Shown here one piece after another: positions 36,664 through 46,411 of a stretch of DNA of 64,000 nt. Source of the DNA: Promethearchaeota archaeon (GTDB lineage: Archaea; Asgardarchaeota; Lokiarchaeia; Sigyniarchaeales; SOKP01); assembly GCA_011364925.1 (NCBI GenBank), contig RDOA01000003.1, positions 1 to 64,000 on the forward strand, read 5' to 3'. The notes beneath the pieces were generated by a model that did not search any database, had not been told where the DNA came from, and was given only the letters and a program-made list of their open reading frames with translations. The number at the start of each line of letters is the position of its first letter. The first letter of the stretch is position 1. Position numbers and translations under genes: made by a program.

Positions 36664-37611
36664 ATGACGCAAAAAATAGTCTTAATAATCGGGTACCCGG
36701 CTTCTGGAAAAACCGTAGCTGCTAAAAAGTACGTAGATCAAGGTTATCACCGCTTAAATCGCGACGAAATAGGGGGCAAATTAGATGATCTTGTTGATCA
36801 CTTAGAAAGATTACATAAAGACAAGGGGATATCTAATTTCGTCATGGACAATACATATTCGACTAAAAAATCTCGTGAGAGCGTTGTTCGATGGGCTCGT
36901 GAAAATAATTTCGAGATAGTGTGTGAGTGGATTGATCTAGATGTGGGAGACGCTCTCTATAACGCCGCACAAAGAATGATTAACACATACGGAAAAATAT
37001 TGACTCCCGAACAAATTAAGAATTGTAACGACATAGGAGTTTACCCTCCAGTGGTGATTTACAAGATACGGAAAGCTTTTGAAGAACCGAATATTGAAGA
37101 AGGGTTCAATAATGTTGTAAGAGTTAAATTTAAGCGAGAATTAGATAAATCTGTATATACAAATAAAGCAATTGTGTTAGATTATGACGGAACATTAAGA
37201 ACGACAAAATCGGGGGAAAAGTATCCTAAAACTCCCGACGACATTAAAATCCTTCCTAATAGAACTGAAATCCTAAAAAGATACGTAAAGGAAGGATATT
37301 TATTGTTAGGCGCTTCGAATCAATCTTTTGTTTCTAAAAAAGTAATGACTGAAGAACAAGCAATCGAATGCTTTGATAAATCAAATAAATTGCTAGATTT
37401 GAATATAGATTATAAGTTTTGCCCACACCCTTCGTATCCTCAGATTTGTTATTGCCGAAAGCCTATGCCGGGAATGGCTGTGGAGTTTATAGAAAAATAC
37501 AAGTTAGATCCATCGCAGTGTATTATGGTTGGAGATTCGAAAACGGATAAAACCTTTGCTAACCGTTGTGGATTTCAATACATTAAACCTGAAGTGTTTT
37601 TCAATAAATAG
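36664..37611 (+). CDS. bifunctional polynucleotide kinase / HAD-IIIA phosphatase (PNKP-like)
   Basis: GYPASGKT..RLNRD..MDNT kinase half; DYDGT..ASNQ..CPH..CYCRKP..GD...D phosphatase half. Confidence 0.8.
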   Translation: MTQKIVLIIGYPASGKTVAAKKYVDQGYHRLNRDEIGGKLDDLVDHLERLHKDKGISNFVMDNTYSTKKSRESVVRWARENNFEIVCEWIDLDVGDALYNAAQRMINTYGKILTPEQIKNCNDIGVYPPVVIYKIRKAFEEPNIEEGFNNVVRVKFKRELDKSVYTNKAIVLDYDGTLRTTKSGEKYPKTPDDIKILPNRTEILKRYVKEGYLLLGASNQSFVSKKVMTEEQAIECFDKSNKLLDLNIDYKFCPHPSYPQICYCRKPMPGMAVEFIEKYKLDPSQCIMVGDSKTDKTFANRCGFQYIKPEVFFNK

Positions 37612-37632
37612 CAACTTCTTCTGATTCTTTAA

Positions 37633-38130
37633 TTAATTGTGAGGTGGCAAATAATGTTCATTAGATGAAATGATGGTTCCATTTATAAGATAATAGTTGA
37701 TTGCTTTTTCCCAATGTTTCATTTGTTGATTAAAACTCTCCTCAGTAAATTTCTCCACTTCAGCATTTCCTCTTTCAGTTAAACCTGTCTTAGTGTACCT
37801 AATGGTTGTTTTAGTATGCTTATTATCATGATTTACTAATTGAATATTAATACTAACAACCATTATGCTAGGAATAACATATATCATTTCAATCAGACTA
37901 TTTGGATTGTATTTTGTGATAATCCAAGTGATTGATACATCACCATGGAAAGTTTGAAAAATTGCTCCATCTTCTGAAATTCCTGTTGAAGAATAAACGA
38001 TTTCTGCTTTAAAATGTGGAAGCCATTCTGATTCCCTAACAGGACATAATAAAGGAAATACTTTTTCAGGTTGTCCTGCATTCATTTGTATATATTCACG
38101 CGTAATCCTTTTTGATAGAAATTTTGACAT
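37633..38130 (-). CDS. SRPBCC/START-like protein
   Basis: PEKVFPLLCPVRESEWL...W..AINYYL..G. Confidence 0.7.
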   Translation of the reverse strand: MSKFLSKRITREYIQMNAGQPEKVFPLLCPVRESEWLPHFKAEIVYSSTGISEDGAIFQTFHGDVSITWIITKYNPNSLIEMIYVIPSIMVVSINIQLVNHDNKHTKTTIRYTKTGLTERGNAEVEKFTEESFNQQMKHWEKAINYYLINGTIISSNEHYLPPHN

Positions 38131-38251
38131 GAGTAAACTTTGTGTTTTTTTTTATAAAATTATCTTTTAGAATGAATAGCCATTTATTAACCTCTAAGCG
38201 TTAGAAATGTTTTTTGAGAGATTGACTACATTTAAATTTTTTATTAGAATT

Positions 38252-38264
38252 TTTTCCTTTATAT
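38252..38264 (+). promoter_or_regulatory. TTTTCC+TATA promoter motif of the VirB4-like operon
   Basis: TTTTCCTTTATAT; TATA starts 55 nt before ATG 38313. Confidence 0.65.
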
Positions 38265-38312
38265 ATTTCTACCCTCTTATATGATATAGGAATTATAAGA
38301 GTTTAGTTCAAT

Positions 38313-39062
38313 ATGCCGATAAATTTTAAGTCAGTTTGCAAAGGACTATTTGTAATTGGGTTACTACTGGGATTTGTTTCTGTCTTCTTAGATTGGTATT
38401 ATTTACAGGGTATTAGTGATTCTGGAGAAACAGTAGTGTGTTGGATTTACAATGTTTTGTTTGACTGGAGCACCCCCTTTTCCGAGGGTGCGTTCTTCAA
38501 CGAAACGTACCAACCAAAGAACGCAACAATGCCGGTTTTGATTATTATAGTTTTTCTTATTACACTGTTCGTGTCTACCTATTCTGTGTTATTTCACGAT
38601 GTTGAACGAGGAGATAAGTTGTTAAAAGTAAGAAAATTTAATTTCGTAAACTTGTCATTGGTGATGTTATTTGGTTTCTTTATATTAGTATTCCCTTTAT
38701 TTTTTTTGTTGCCAAACGGCCTTTATTACCCGTATTTATTGTTTCATGATTACGATTTAAACATCACATTTTACTATTCAATTGGTCCTGGCTATTTTAT
38801 TCAGTTCATCTCTTTTAGCTGTACGTTTCCCTACGCTTTATTTAATCACTCTGTCATTACTACTTTCGATAAGGAACAATCCAGCGTAGAAAACACAGTT
38901 AATCGATACATTTCAAGCGTTCGGGAGGAGTTGGATTTAGACAAACTTATCGCCAAGGAAGAATTCGAGCTTGAATCGACAAATAGTACCCAAAGTCAAG
39001 TTCCTAAAAGTCAAGAGGAAGAAATTTACGAGGATTTTTTAGCAACTAGGGGGAGAAAATGA
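38313..39062 (+). CDS. 4-TM membrane protein with an acidic cytoplasmic tail
   Basis: Four hydrophobic segments; ATGA overlap with the next gene. Confidence 0.75.
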   Translation: MPINFKSVCKGLFVIGLLLGFVSVFLDWYYLQGISDSGETVVCWIYNVLFDWSTPFSEGAFFNETYQPKNATMPVLIIIVFLITLFVSTYSVLFHDVERGDKLLKVRKFNFVNLSLVMLFGFFILVFPLFFLLPNGLYYPYLLFHDYDLNITFYYSIGPGYFIQFISFSCTFPYALFNHSVITTFDKEQSSVENTVNRYISSVREELDLDKLIAKEEFELESTNSTQSQVPKSQEEEIYEDFLATRGRK

Positions 39063-39913
39063 ACGAACAACTGTTGGACTTAAAATTAAAAAGGTTGATT
39101 CAACTTTGTAGAGAAACTCAAAACTATAAAAAGTTAGCGGTTGTTAGTTTTGTTCTTACAAGTAATACAGTTGACGAGATCGGGATTAAGCTTGGGATGA
39201 GACCGAGAGAAAAAAATGCTGGCGAAAAGATTTTTGAGTATATGGAGCTCGTGAACAAAGTTTTTTCACTCAATTTTAATATAAAGGTGTTTAAACCTGA
39301 GATTGTCGAAGGGCTCTCCCAAATCGAACTTCTATTCCTCAAAAAAGAAGGGGAAATAGGATTAGAATACATAAGAGAAGTTTTTGGTATTTACTACGAA
39401 CTTAGGAAGCTAGAAGTTCCTAATTTGCACGAGAACTTAAACTCAGACATATTAGATCGGAATAGGGCAATATCGTTATTTTCGTTCTTATCTGGAGGGC
39501 AGAGCTCGCGAAAGAATAAAGACGGGGCGTTTAATCCGATCCTTCTGCACAAAATTAGAGAAGAAGAAAAAGCTCTCCAAATTCAGCTCGAGCGAGAGTT
39601 CGATAAGGACACTTTCGAGAAGATCTTACACCTCAAAACTATGAGAAAAAACATCGAGCACCGTTCCAAGGGAAAAATTGTTATTTCCGGCTCATTAAAG
39701 GACAATATATCCTATAGGCAATCAAAAGAAAGAATTGGACAGTTTTTAATCTTCGGACTGATTGTATTATTCGCTATGATTGGAATTATAACTGCAATCG
39801 AATCATTCATGTATGGTGTGTTATCAGAAGCTATTGGTTATAACATGCTTATCTGTTTTGGAGCAATAATCGTGCTCTATTTTATTAATAAAAGCTACTA
39901 TAGGAGAGGGTGA
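39059..39913 (+). CDS. helical protein with two C-terminal TMs
   Basis: Overlapping start/stop codons with both neighbours. Confidence 0.75.
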   Translation: MNEQLLDLKLKRLIQLCRETQNYKKLAVVSFVLTSNTVDEIGIKLGMRPREKNAGEKIFEYMELVNKVFSLNFNIKVFKPEIVEGLSQIELLFLKKEGEIGLEYIREVFGIYYELRKLEVPNLHENLNSDILDRNRAISLFSFLSGGQSSRKNKDGAFNPILLHKIREEEKALQIQLEREFDKDTFEKILHLKTMRKNIEHRSKGKIVISGSLKDNISYRQSKERIGQFLIFGLIVLFAMIGIITAIESFMYGVLSEAIGYNMLICFGAIIVLYFINKSYYRRG

Positions 39914-42900
39914 TAAATAGTTTGGTAAAATCGTACGCGCACATGTTAAAAAATTCAGATAAAAAGAAAGGTAAAACTTTTTCGGCAGAATTTACTAAAA
40001 TAGACGACCAGGAGAAGAAATTTTTAAAGATTTGGAAAGTTAATCCGTCTTATAAGGACATAGAAAAAAAAGAAACTCTCCTTAAGACGGGTTCTCTAAC
40101 AATCCTTGGATTTATATTTTTTAGCTGTGCGCTATACGCAACGAGGAACCTTGTTTTATCGATTATCATTACTTCTATTATCGTGATTAGTTACGTTGTA
40201 GTATTTCATAAAAGTATTTTTAGCTTGAAACATGTTTTCGAGTTTAAATCCTTCGATCCTTTTCAAAAACTCGTATTCTGGCAACCAATATACGACAAAT
40301 CCATCTTATTTTTTACTAATCATAAAGACTTGACTACAACAGGAATGAGAATATTTCAGATCAAAGTTATCCCTGAAAACGTTCACGCAAACTTGAAACG
40401 ATTCATTAAAGGTTTGCATGCCGTAAAAGTGCCGTATTCTTATCAAATTATTCAAAAGCCTTTGCAAATTGCTAATGACACGCGTTCTGGGGCACAGATT
40501 TCTTCGTTCGAAACCTTAATCTACTTCAGCACTTTTTACTTCTTCAATGGGAGAGTAACCGAATCAAAAATGCTAAAACTCGTCGAATCATTGCGAGAGT
40601 ACACAGTATCTTTACAATCAGCTTTTGCTTCTAACTTTCACCACTTTAAAATCGCGCTTTTAACTGAGTCAGAGTTGATAGAAGTATTTAGAAATTCGGT
40701 TTTGAAACAAAATATAGGAATAGAAAACGAATCTACTAACGCCTCACATAAGCCTTATACGCATGAAAAAGTTAATTCTATTATAAAGCTTATTTATATT
40801 CTTTCGATCGTAATATCTCTTGATTTCTTTCTTTTAATTTTAAGCTTCCCTATAGGAATCCGGATATTGTTAATCGCTTTTATTATAGCAAGCTCAATTT
40901 TAATTTGGTGGCGTGAGTTGCTGTTCCAAGTTAACAAAGGAAAGCTGTTTAAATCGAAAGATATTGAAGTTCTGGCTCCCTTTTCGGGAATTCAGTTCTA
41001 TAAGTCTAGTAAAACGCCAGAAACTCTTTTTTTCAAGGCCAAGGGAAGTTTAATTGGAGGATTAAAGATGCTCAATCTTAATTTTAGTTATCCTCCTTCT
41101 TACTGTTCTCCCGATAAATTTTACGCGGCGTTAATTAGGGATAGTATGCCCTTTACAGTTACTTTTCAGTTAAGACCGTTAACCTTCAGCCAATTTGATA
41201 AAGAGGGATTTAAATACTTAAGAGATAACATAAAGAAAAAGCTGCTTTCTAAAACAGAAAAGTTCATTGACGGTAATAATTGGCTTAGCTTACGTTCGGG
41301 AATTTGGAGCACTATCGGAACGTATTCCACATGCGTAGTGTTTAATTCTCCGGATTTCACCTATGAGTTAGTGGATAAGATGGAACAAAAGCTAATTACC
41401 CAAAAAACGGTTCTATACAACACATTTAAGCAATTCTTCACTAATTTCGAAATTATTCCTCTTAGACATAATAAATTGGAGGCGGGGTTTCTGTTCGAAA
41501 ATTTGAAAAATAAGTTTTTCTTAAGAAATGGAACTCATCTAAATTACATATTATACCAAGGTATAAACTTATGTTATATAGCAGCGTTATCTGACCAATT
41601 TAAAAAGGGAGTAGAAACAAAGTTAGCAACAGAATTCAATACACCGTTACAATTAACTAACTACGTTACGGTAGGAAATACGATTAATACCGAATTCCTT
41701 GAAGGAGAAGTCCCAGCAGGATTTCTATTAAATCAACTACGAAACATACTTATCACAAATGGAACTTACTCGAATCGAGAATTACTTGCTCAAAAAATCG
41801 TAATCGAACTAGTTAAAATGGGACATAACGCGGTAATCTTCGATTTTACGGGGAACTGGTCTAAAGTTATGAATTGGTTTAGAGGAACTCGATATGAAGA
41901 TCAATTCATATACCATAAATTAGGCAAAACATTTGTGATCAATCCTCTTCGTTCTGGGATTCCTTACGATACTGATAATCCAGGATTTTTAGATTACATG
42001 CTCGATGTATACGCTATGTGCTTTAAAAAAGATGAAAAAACTATAGAAACTTTTAGGAACACCATCTTACGCAACCCAGATATCGATGTCTCCACACTCG
42101 TTTTGGATTTAACTACTATGCGTGAATGGGATAAGTCTGCTGTAACTGACACGTTGCTTTCTTTTTTTAAAGAATTTACGCCACACGATTCGAATTTTAT
42201 TCCCCAGCAACAAGTTGATACTCAGGATAATACTTTTGCTTACGAATTTATCACTAATGATAAAACGGTAATAATTGACCTTTCAGATTTAAACGATTAC
42301 GATAAACAATGCTATTTCTCTTTTGTAGCAATTTCTAAATTCATTCACTATTTAAAAACTGGAAAATCCTTTAATCCCAAATTTATAGTGATGCCGCACA
42401 TTGACATCATCTTCGATGGATTTTTCCTTGAAAGTAAAATTCAGTACGGTAAAATTGATAAGTTTTTCAGACCACTACTTGAAAACAATTTTGGGACTAT
42501 ATTCTCTGCGTCTCAGATTAGGTATCTTCATACCAATGTGTTTAACTTCTTAGTTAATATTGTGGCATTTCGGGCAACCGATAATCGAGACATCGCAGTA
42601 TTTAACGGTCAGATGAACTTAGAGAGCCTTCATGGAGTAGGGTACTACAGCACTAGTAGAAACGAAGGATATCAAGCGAGGTACATTGGGAACATGAAAC
42701 AAGACGAAGCCGTAGTTAAAAGAGATGATATTTATCAATCTTTTCCTGTTAAGTTTGATTTAGACGACATTCGAAATATGGAGCCGCTATCCTGGCAAGA
42801 AATCGTAAGTTATATGAAAAATCAAGGCTACGATCTTGAGAATACTGAACGAAAAGTCATGAAGAGGGCTCAGACAACGCTATTTGAATCCGATTTCGCG

Positions 42901-43686
42901 GGTTACAGCAACTTAGTTGACGGTATTATTAAATTTTTAAACAACCTCCAAGCAGTAGATAAAGTGGGAAATATGTACAGAAAGAAAATAAGGGAAGAGC
43001 TCCAAAAGGTATTACACCCTTACATTTTAAAAATAACTCGAGAGAAAAAAAGAGAAAAAGATATTGTTGATAGAGTGTTCGCTATTTTAATTAGACAGCA
43101 ATACTTAATAGAGAGCCATCCCAAAAGAGCGAGCGGTTCAGAATCGATGCAAACATCGTTCGCGGTCGGTCCACGATATCAAAAAGTTTTAAAAGATTAC
43201 TACGAATCCCGGGACAGCTCAATCATCAGTTACGAACCAATAGATCTCGAATCCGATATAACACCTCAAACAGAGCGTACGAATACTACTAATTTAAAAA
43301 ACGCGTTAACAGAACACTTTGCACCTATTCTATATTACGAATTTTTCAATATTCATAAATTCATCGCTCAGCAAAAATACGAAAAAGCTTTGAAAATAGC
43401 AAAAACGCTTCTGAGAAGATATCTTTACGAAGTTTACAATAGCTATTATAGCGTTGATTACACAATAACGAGCGCAGACATAAATAAATTTATAACTCTT
43501 ATGACCACTACAGAGAATTTTCCATTTACAGAAAAGGAGTTAAGCACATTCTTGTCTATGTGTGATGAAATTACTCCGGACGAAAAGAACCTAAAGCAAC
43601 AGAGTAAAAACTTATTCAACTCTTATTCAAAACTTTTCAACAAGTTCAAATCCTACTTAGAAGGAGAGGTGGAAGTAGTATCGTAG
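39910..43686 (+). CDS. membrane-anchored VirB4/HerA-like protein with degenerate Walker motifs
   Basis: AVIFDFTGNW, FVINPL, VIIDLS, GTIFSASQ, N...NIVAFR. The Walker A position reads ITNGTYSNRE and Walker B reads FIVMPHID. The N-terminal 2TM+domain module is duplicated. Confidence 0.65.
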   Translation: MINSLVKSYAHMLKNSDKKKGKTFSAEFTKIDDQEKKFLKIWKVNPSYKDIEKKETLLKTGSLTILGFIFFSCALYATRNLVLSIIITSIIVISYVVVFHKSIFSLKHVFEFKSFDPFQKLVFWQPIYDKSILFFTNHKDLTTTGMRIFQIKVIPENVHANLKRFIKGLHAVKVPYSYQIIQKPLQIANDTRSGAQISSFETLIYFSTFYFFNGRVTESKMLKLVESLREYTVSLQSAFASNFHHFKIALLTESELIEVFRNSVLKQNIGIENESTNASHKPYTHEKVNSIIKLIYILSIVISLDFFLLILSFPIGIRILLIAFIIASSILIWWRELLFQVNKGKLFKSKDIEVLAPFSGIQFYKSSKTPETLFFKAKGSLIGGLKMLNLNFSYPPSYCSPDKFYAALIRDSMPFTVTFQLRPLTFSQFDKEGFKYLRDNIKKKLLSKTEKFIDGNNWLSLRSGIWSTIGTYSTCVVFNSPDFTYELVDKMEQKLITQKTVLYNTFKQFFTNFEIIPLRHNKLEAGFLFENLKNKFFLRNGTHLNYILYQGINLCYIAALSDQFKKGVETKLATEFNTPLQLTNYVTVGNTINTEFLEGEVPAGFLLNQLRNILITNGTYSNRELLAQKIVIELVKMGHNAVIFDFTGNWSKVMNWFRGTRYEDQFIYHKLGKTFVINPLRSGIPYDTDNPGFLDYMLDVYAMCFKKDEKTIETFRNTILRNPDIDVSTLVLDLTTMREWDKSAVTDTLLSFFKEFTPHDSNFIPQQQVDTQDNTFAYEFITNDKTVIIDLSDLNDYDKQCYFSFVAISKFIHYLKTGKSFNPKFIVMPHIDIIFDGFFLESKIQYGKIDKFFRPLLENNFGTIFSASQIRYLHTNVFNFLVNIVAFRATDNRDIAVFNGQMNLESLHGVGYYSTSRNEGYQARYIGNMKQDEAVVKRDDIYQSFPVKFDLDDIRNMEPLSWQEIVSYMKNQGYDLENTERKVMKRAQTTLFESDFAGYSNLVDGIIKFLNNLQAVDKVGNMYRKKIREELQKVLHPYILKITREKKREKDIVDRVFAILIRQQYLIESHPKRASGSESMQTSFAVGPRYQKVLKDYYESRDSSIISYEPIDLESDITPQTERTNTTNLKNALTEHFAPILYYEFFNIHKFIAQQKYEKALKIAKTLLRRYLYEVYNSYYSVDYTITSADINKFITLMTTTENFPFTEKELSTFLSMCDEITPDEKNLKQQSKNLFNSYSKLFNKFKSYLEGEVEVVS

Positions 43687-43733
43687 TCCAAGACCAGAAA
43701 AGAAGAACCTACGAGCAAATCATAGAAAAAATT

Positions 43734-44072
43734 GTGTTCGACGAAGATGAATTAAACAAACTTAAAGATAAAATTCGGGATTTAGTCGAGGGTAAGATTC
43801 AAGCTAAGCAGCTTAAACAAAATTTGTTGCAATCAAGAGATCGTATAGTCAAAGATTTATCGAAATTTTTAATTTTTTGCATCGAACGTGTGGAAAGTAA
43901 CAATCAAAATCGAAACCTTGAAAAAAACTCGGCTTCTAATAAACCAGATTTGGAATTTGAACGATTACGTAAAGATATAGCAGAAAAAAATGAGTTTTTA
44001 GAAATCGTTGCTAAAAAAGTTGATAATCTTGTGTCTAAAGTTAAGGTCGCTAATAAATCTGAAATTTCATGA
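43734..44072 (+). CDS. coiled-coil protein, last gene of the operon
   Basis: 112 aa, heptad-rich. Confidence 0.65.
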   Translation: MFDEDELNKLKDKIRDLVEGKIQAKQLKQNLLQSRDRIVKDLSKFLIFCIERVESNNQNRNLEKNSASNKPDLEFERLRKDIAEKNEFLEIVAKKVDNLVSKVKVANKSEIS

Positions 44073-45022
44073 CCTATAAGATTAAAAAAAAGTGAAAAAA
44101 CGCTTTTAATATTCTAGATTTGATAAAAACGCTTCCCGTATTTCCATGTTTATGTAATCATACCCTTTCAGGTGCGGTGCTAAGTTCTTTGGTTTTATTC
44201 CTAAAATACCAGAAAAGATTATGTCAACAGAGAGTAAGTCAGAAGTTATTCTCACAAAAGGTGTGAAAGATCGAGCTCCGATATTTCCTGACATCATCTC
44301 TTCAAAAATTCCGGGTTCGCGGTCGTATTTTTCTCTAACTCCTGGTATCGTAAAAACTTTTGGCAACAACGCCTGGTAAGTTGCGAGGTTAATCTCGCTT
44401 TTCAGGTTAGTGAGTTCATAATAATCGAATTCTTTAGTGTCTAAACCGTAGCAAGTTTCGTAATCGACGCTTTCAGGAGTAAACCACCAAGTAAACAAGA
44501 ATGGGATCCCCCAAGACTCGATCATCGGAATCCCATGCTTACGACTTTCCCTAGCAATAAAAATCGAAGTTGCAGGATCGTCTAAAGTTAATGCTACAAC
44601 CTTTACATCTTTAAGGACAGAATCTATGTTATTCTGTGTAATTTTAGAGAGCTTTTTTATACTTACTTCGGGATCGATTTTATGTAAAAACGATTCTAAT
44701 ACATCAATTTTCCTTTTACCTATATCTTCAGTAGTACATATCTGTCGATTCAGGTTAGACTCATCAAACACATCAGAATCGCATATCACTAAGTTTTGGC
44801 AACCAGCTCTTATCAGATTCTCGGATAATGGCCCACCTAACCCACCTACTCCAAGAACTGCTACGCGCGATGTCCGAATAGTTTCTTGCTCTTGGAAGGT
44901 AATCGGACCTATATTTCGATTTATATGTTCCCAATAAGGATCCGACCAAGACTGTAATTTTTGATTAGCAAACATAATTTCACCTTATCTTTATTTTTTT
45001 GATTTTATGACCTATAAAATTA
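44064..45022 (+). repeat. 21-bp direct repeats flanking the ThiF gene
   Basis: ATTTCATGACCTATAAGATTA (44064-44084) vs ATTTTATGACCTATAAAATTA (45002-45022), 19 of 21 identical. Confidence 0.6.
44106..44975 (-). CDS. ThiF/E1-like adenylyltransferase without CxxC zinc motifs
   Basis: VAVLGVGGLG, CDSDVFDESNLNRQ, IGKRKID. Confidence 0.88.
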   Translation of the reverse strand: MFANQKLQSWSDPYWEHINRNIGPITFQEQETIRTSRVAVLGVGGLGGPLSENLIRAGCQNLVICDSDVFDESNLNRQICTTEDIGKRKIDVLESFLHKIDPEVSIKKLSKITQNNIDSVLKDVKVVALTLDDPATSIFIARESRKHGIPMIESWGIPFLFTWWFTPESVDYETCYGLDTKEFDYYELTNLKSEINLATYQALLPKVFTIPGVREKYDREPGIFEEMMSGNIGARSFTPFVRITSDLLSVDIIFSGILGIKPKNLAPHLKGYDYINMEIREAFLSNLEY

Positions 45023-45131
45023 TGAGGACTATATAAAAAAAAATCCAGAGGCTGTTTTAGTCTCTTTTTGTTATTTATATATTCTCATTGGGTGGGTTAA
45101 GTAATCAATAACAGCAGTTACCATTTAAAAA

Positions 45132-46367
45132 ATGATCACTCAAGAAGTTGTATCCTGCCCTATAATCCCCTATAAGAAGTTAAATCCCGGTTCCGTAGAC
45201 GAATTTTTAGGCATATTTGAGGATGTGTTAAACTTAGACCTAGAACGCGGTATGGAATTAGACTTCGTGATCGACAGTAAATTAGGTAATAATAAAATTA
45301 GTCCGACTCTCGTGCTTGCCAAACCTTGCGATGCAGAAGATATTGCCAATATTTGTAAAGAAGTGTACGAATGCTCGTATCCCTATAAAGAGATTGAGGA
45401 CAAGCATAGTGTCAAAAAAATGATTGAAAGTCCCGAACATCATTTTATCCTCTTTAAAATAGGTGATGATATAGCCGGATGCTTCAGATGTGCGTTAGAT
45501 TTCGAGCATAAAAAGGGGTATACCGGTGGGTTCATGGTCAGAAAGGAATATCAGAAGTCCCTTGATGTTACCAAAGCAATTATAGGTTCGTATGCTTGGA
45601 TGTGGAGCACCTATCGAAAGGAAATTCTGATGTGGTATTGCGAGAATCGGACAGCACACGCAGCTTCCCAGTATATTACTTCCGTTTGCGGTATCAATAC
45701 TGTCGCGTTTTTTCCAAACAAAGATGTCTTTTACAATCGAGTAGAATCCGATGTTATGGGTGTCATTTATCAAGAAAAAGCTTTAATCGAACAGAGAGAG
45801 CGTCAAACTCCTAGCCTAATTAGGAGCGCCCTCGATAGTTTTTTACATTGCGATAACCTATATGGATTGGGAGGGTTCAAGTTAGTTTCTCCTGATCTTA
45901 TGATTGATTACGCGAAGGTTTCGGAACTACAAAAAAGGTTTCGAAAGGATGTGATCGCAGATAAATACGGCTACAAATATTATCAATTTTTTTTAAGTGG
46001 AACAAAATCATATTTTACATTTTTACACACGCCTAACATTCAGAATATAGAGAAAACTAAGTATTACGTTAATTCCTTGGAAGAATTATATGTATATTTA
46101 GAAGAGTTATTGAAGTGTATAAAAGAAAACGCTATTAGATATAGCGAAGTGTTTGTTTCTGCTTTCTGTCCAGAGCACCAACAATTGTTTTATGAGTTTG
46201 GATTTAGAGCGAGAGGATATGTGCCATGTTGGGCTTACAATAAATCAGAAAATGTGTTTGAGGATTATGTCGTTTTTAACTATTTCGAAGGAGAAGTGTC
46301 TCAAGCTGAGCTTCTACCGATAGGCCAAGAGCTATTCGATATTTTAAATCTACAAATTAATGTTTAA
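45132..46367 (+). CDS. GNAT-family acyltransferase, tandem-domain size
   Basis: GGFMVRKEYQK...CENRTAHAASQ; C-terminal QLFYEFGFRARGYVP. Confidence 0.7.
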   Translation: MITQEVVSCPIIPYKKLNPGSVDEFLGIFEDVLNLDLERGMELDFVIDSKLGNNKISPTLVLAKPCDAEDIANICKEVYECSYPYKEIEDKHSVKKMIESPEHHFILFKIGDDIAGCFRCALDFEHKKGYTGGFMVRKEYQKSLDVTKAIIGSYAWMWSTYRKEILMWYCENRTAHAASQYITSVCGINTVAFFPNKDVFYNRVESDVMGVIYQEKALIEQRERQTPSLIRSALDSFLHCDNLYGLGGFKLVSPDLMIDYAKVSELQKRFRKDVIADKYGYKYYQFFLSGTKSYFTFLHTPNIQNIEKTKYYVNSLEELYVYLEELLKCIKENAIRYSEVFVSAFCPEHQQLFYEFGFRARGYVPCWAYNKSENVFEDYVVFNYFEGEVSQAELLPIGQELFDILNLQINV

Positions 46368-46411
46368 TTGAATTACCAACTTTTAAATAACGAATTTTGT
46401 TATTAAAGTTT

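Noticed and set aside
38313-44072. VirB4-like operon as an integrated conjugative element or provirus
   Set aside because: I saw no integrase, relaxase, att/tRNA boundary, capsid or replication gene, and the composition looks like the flanks.
44106-44975. ThiF as a ubiquitin/SAMP E1 system
   Set aside because: It has no CxxC Zn motifs or evident catalytic Cys, and no Ubl, E2 or JAB gene lies in the window.
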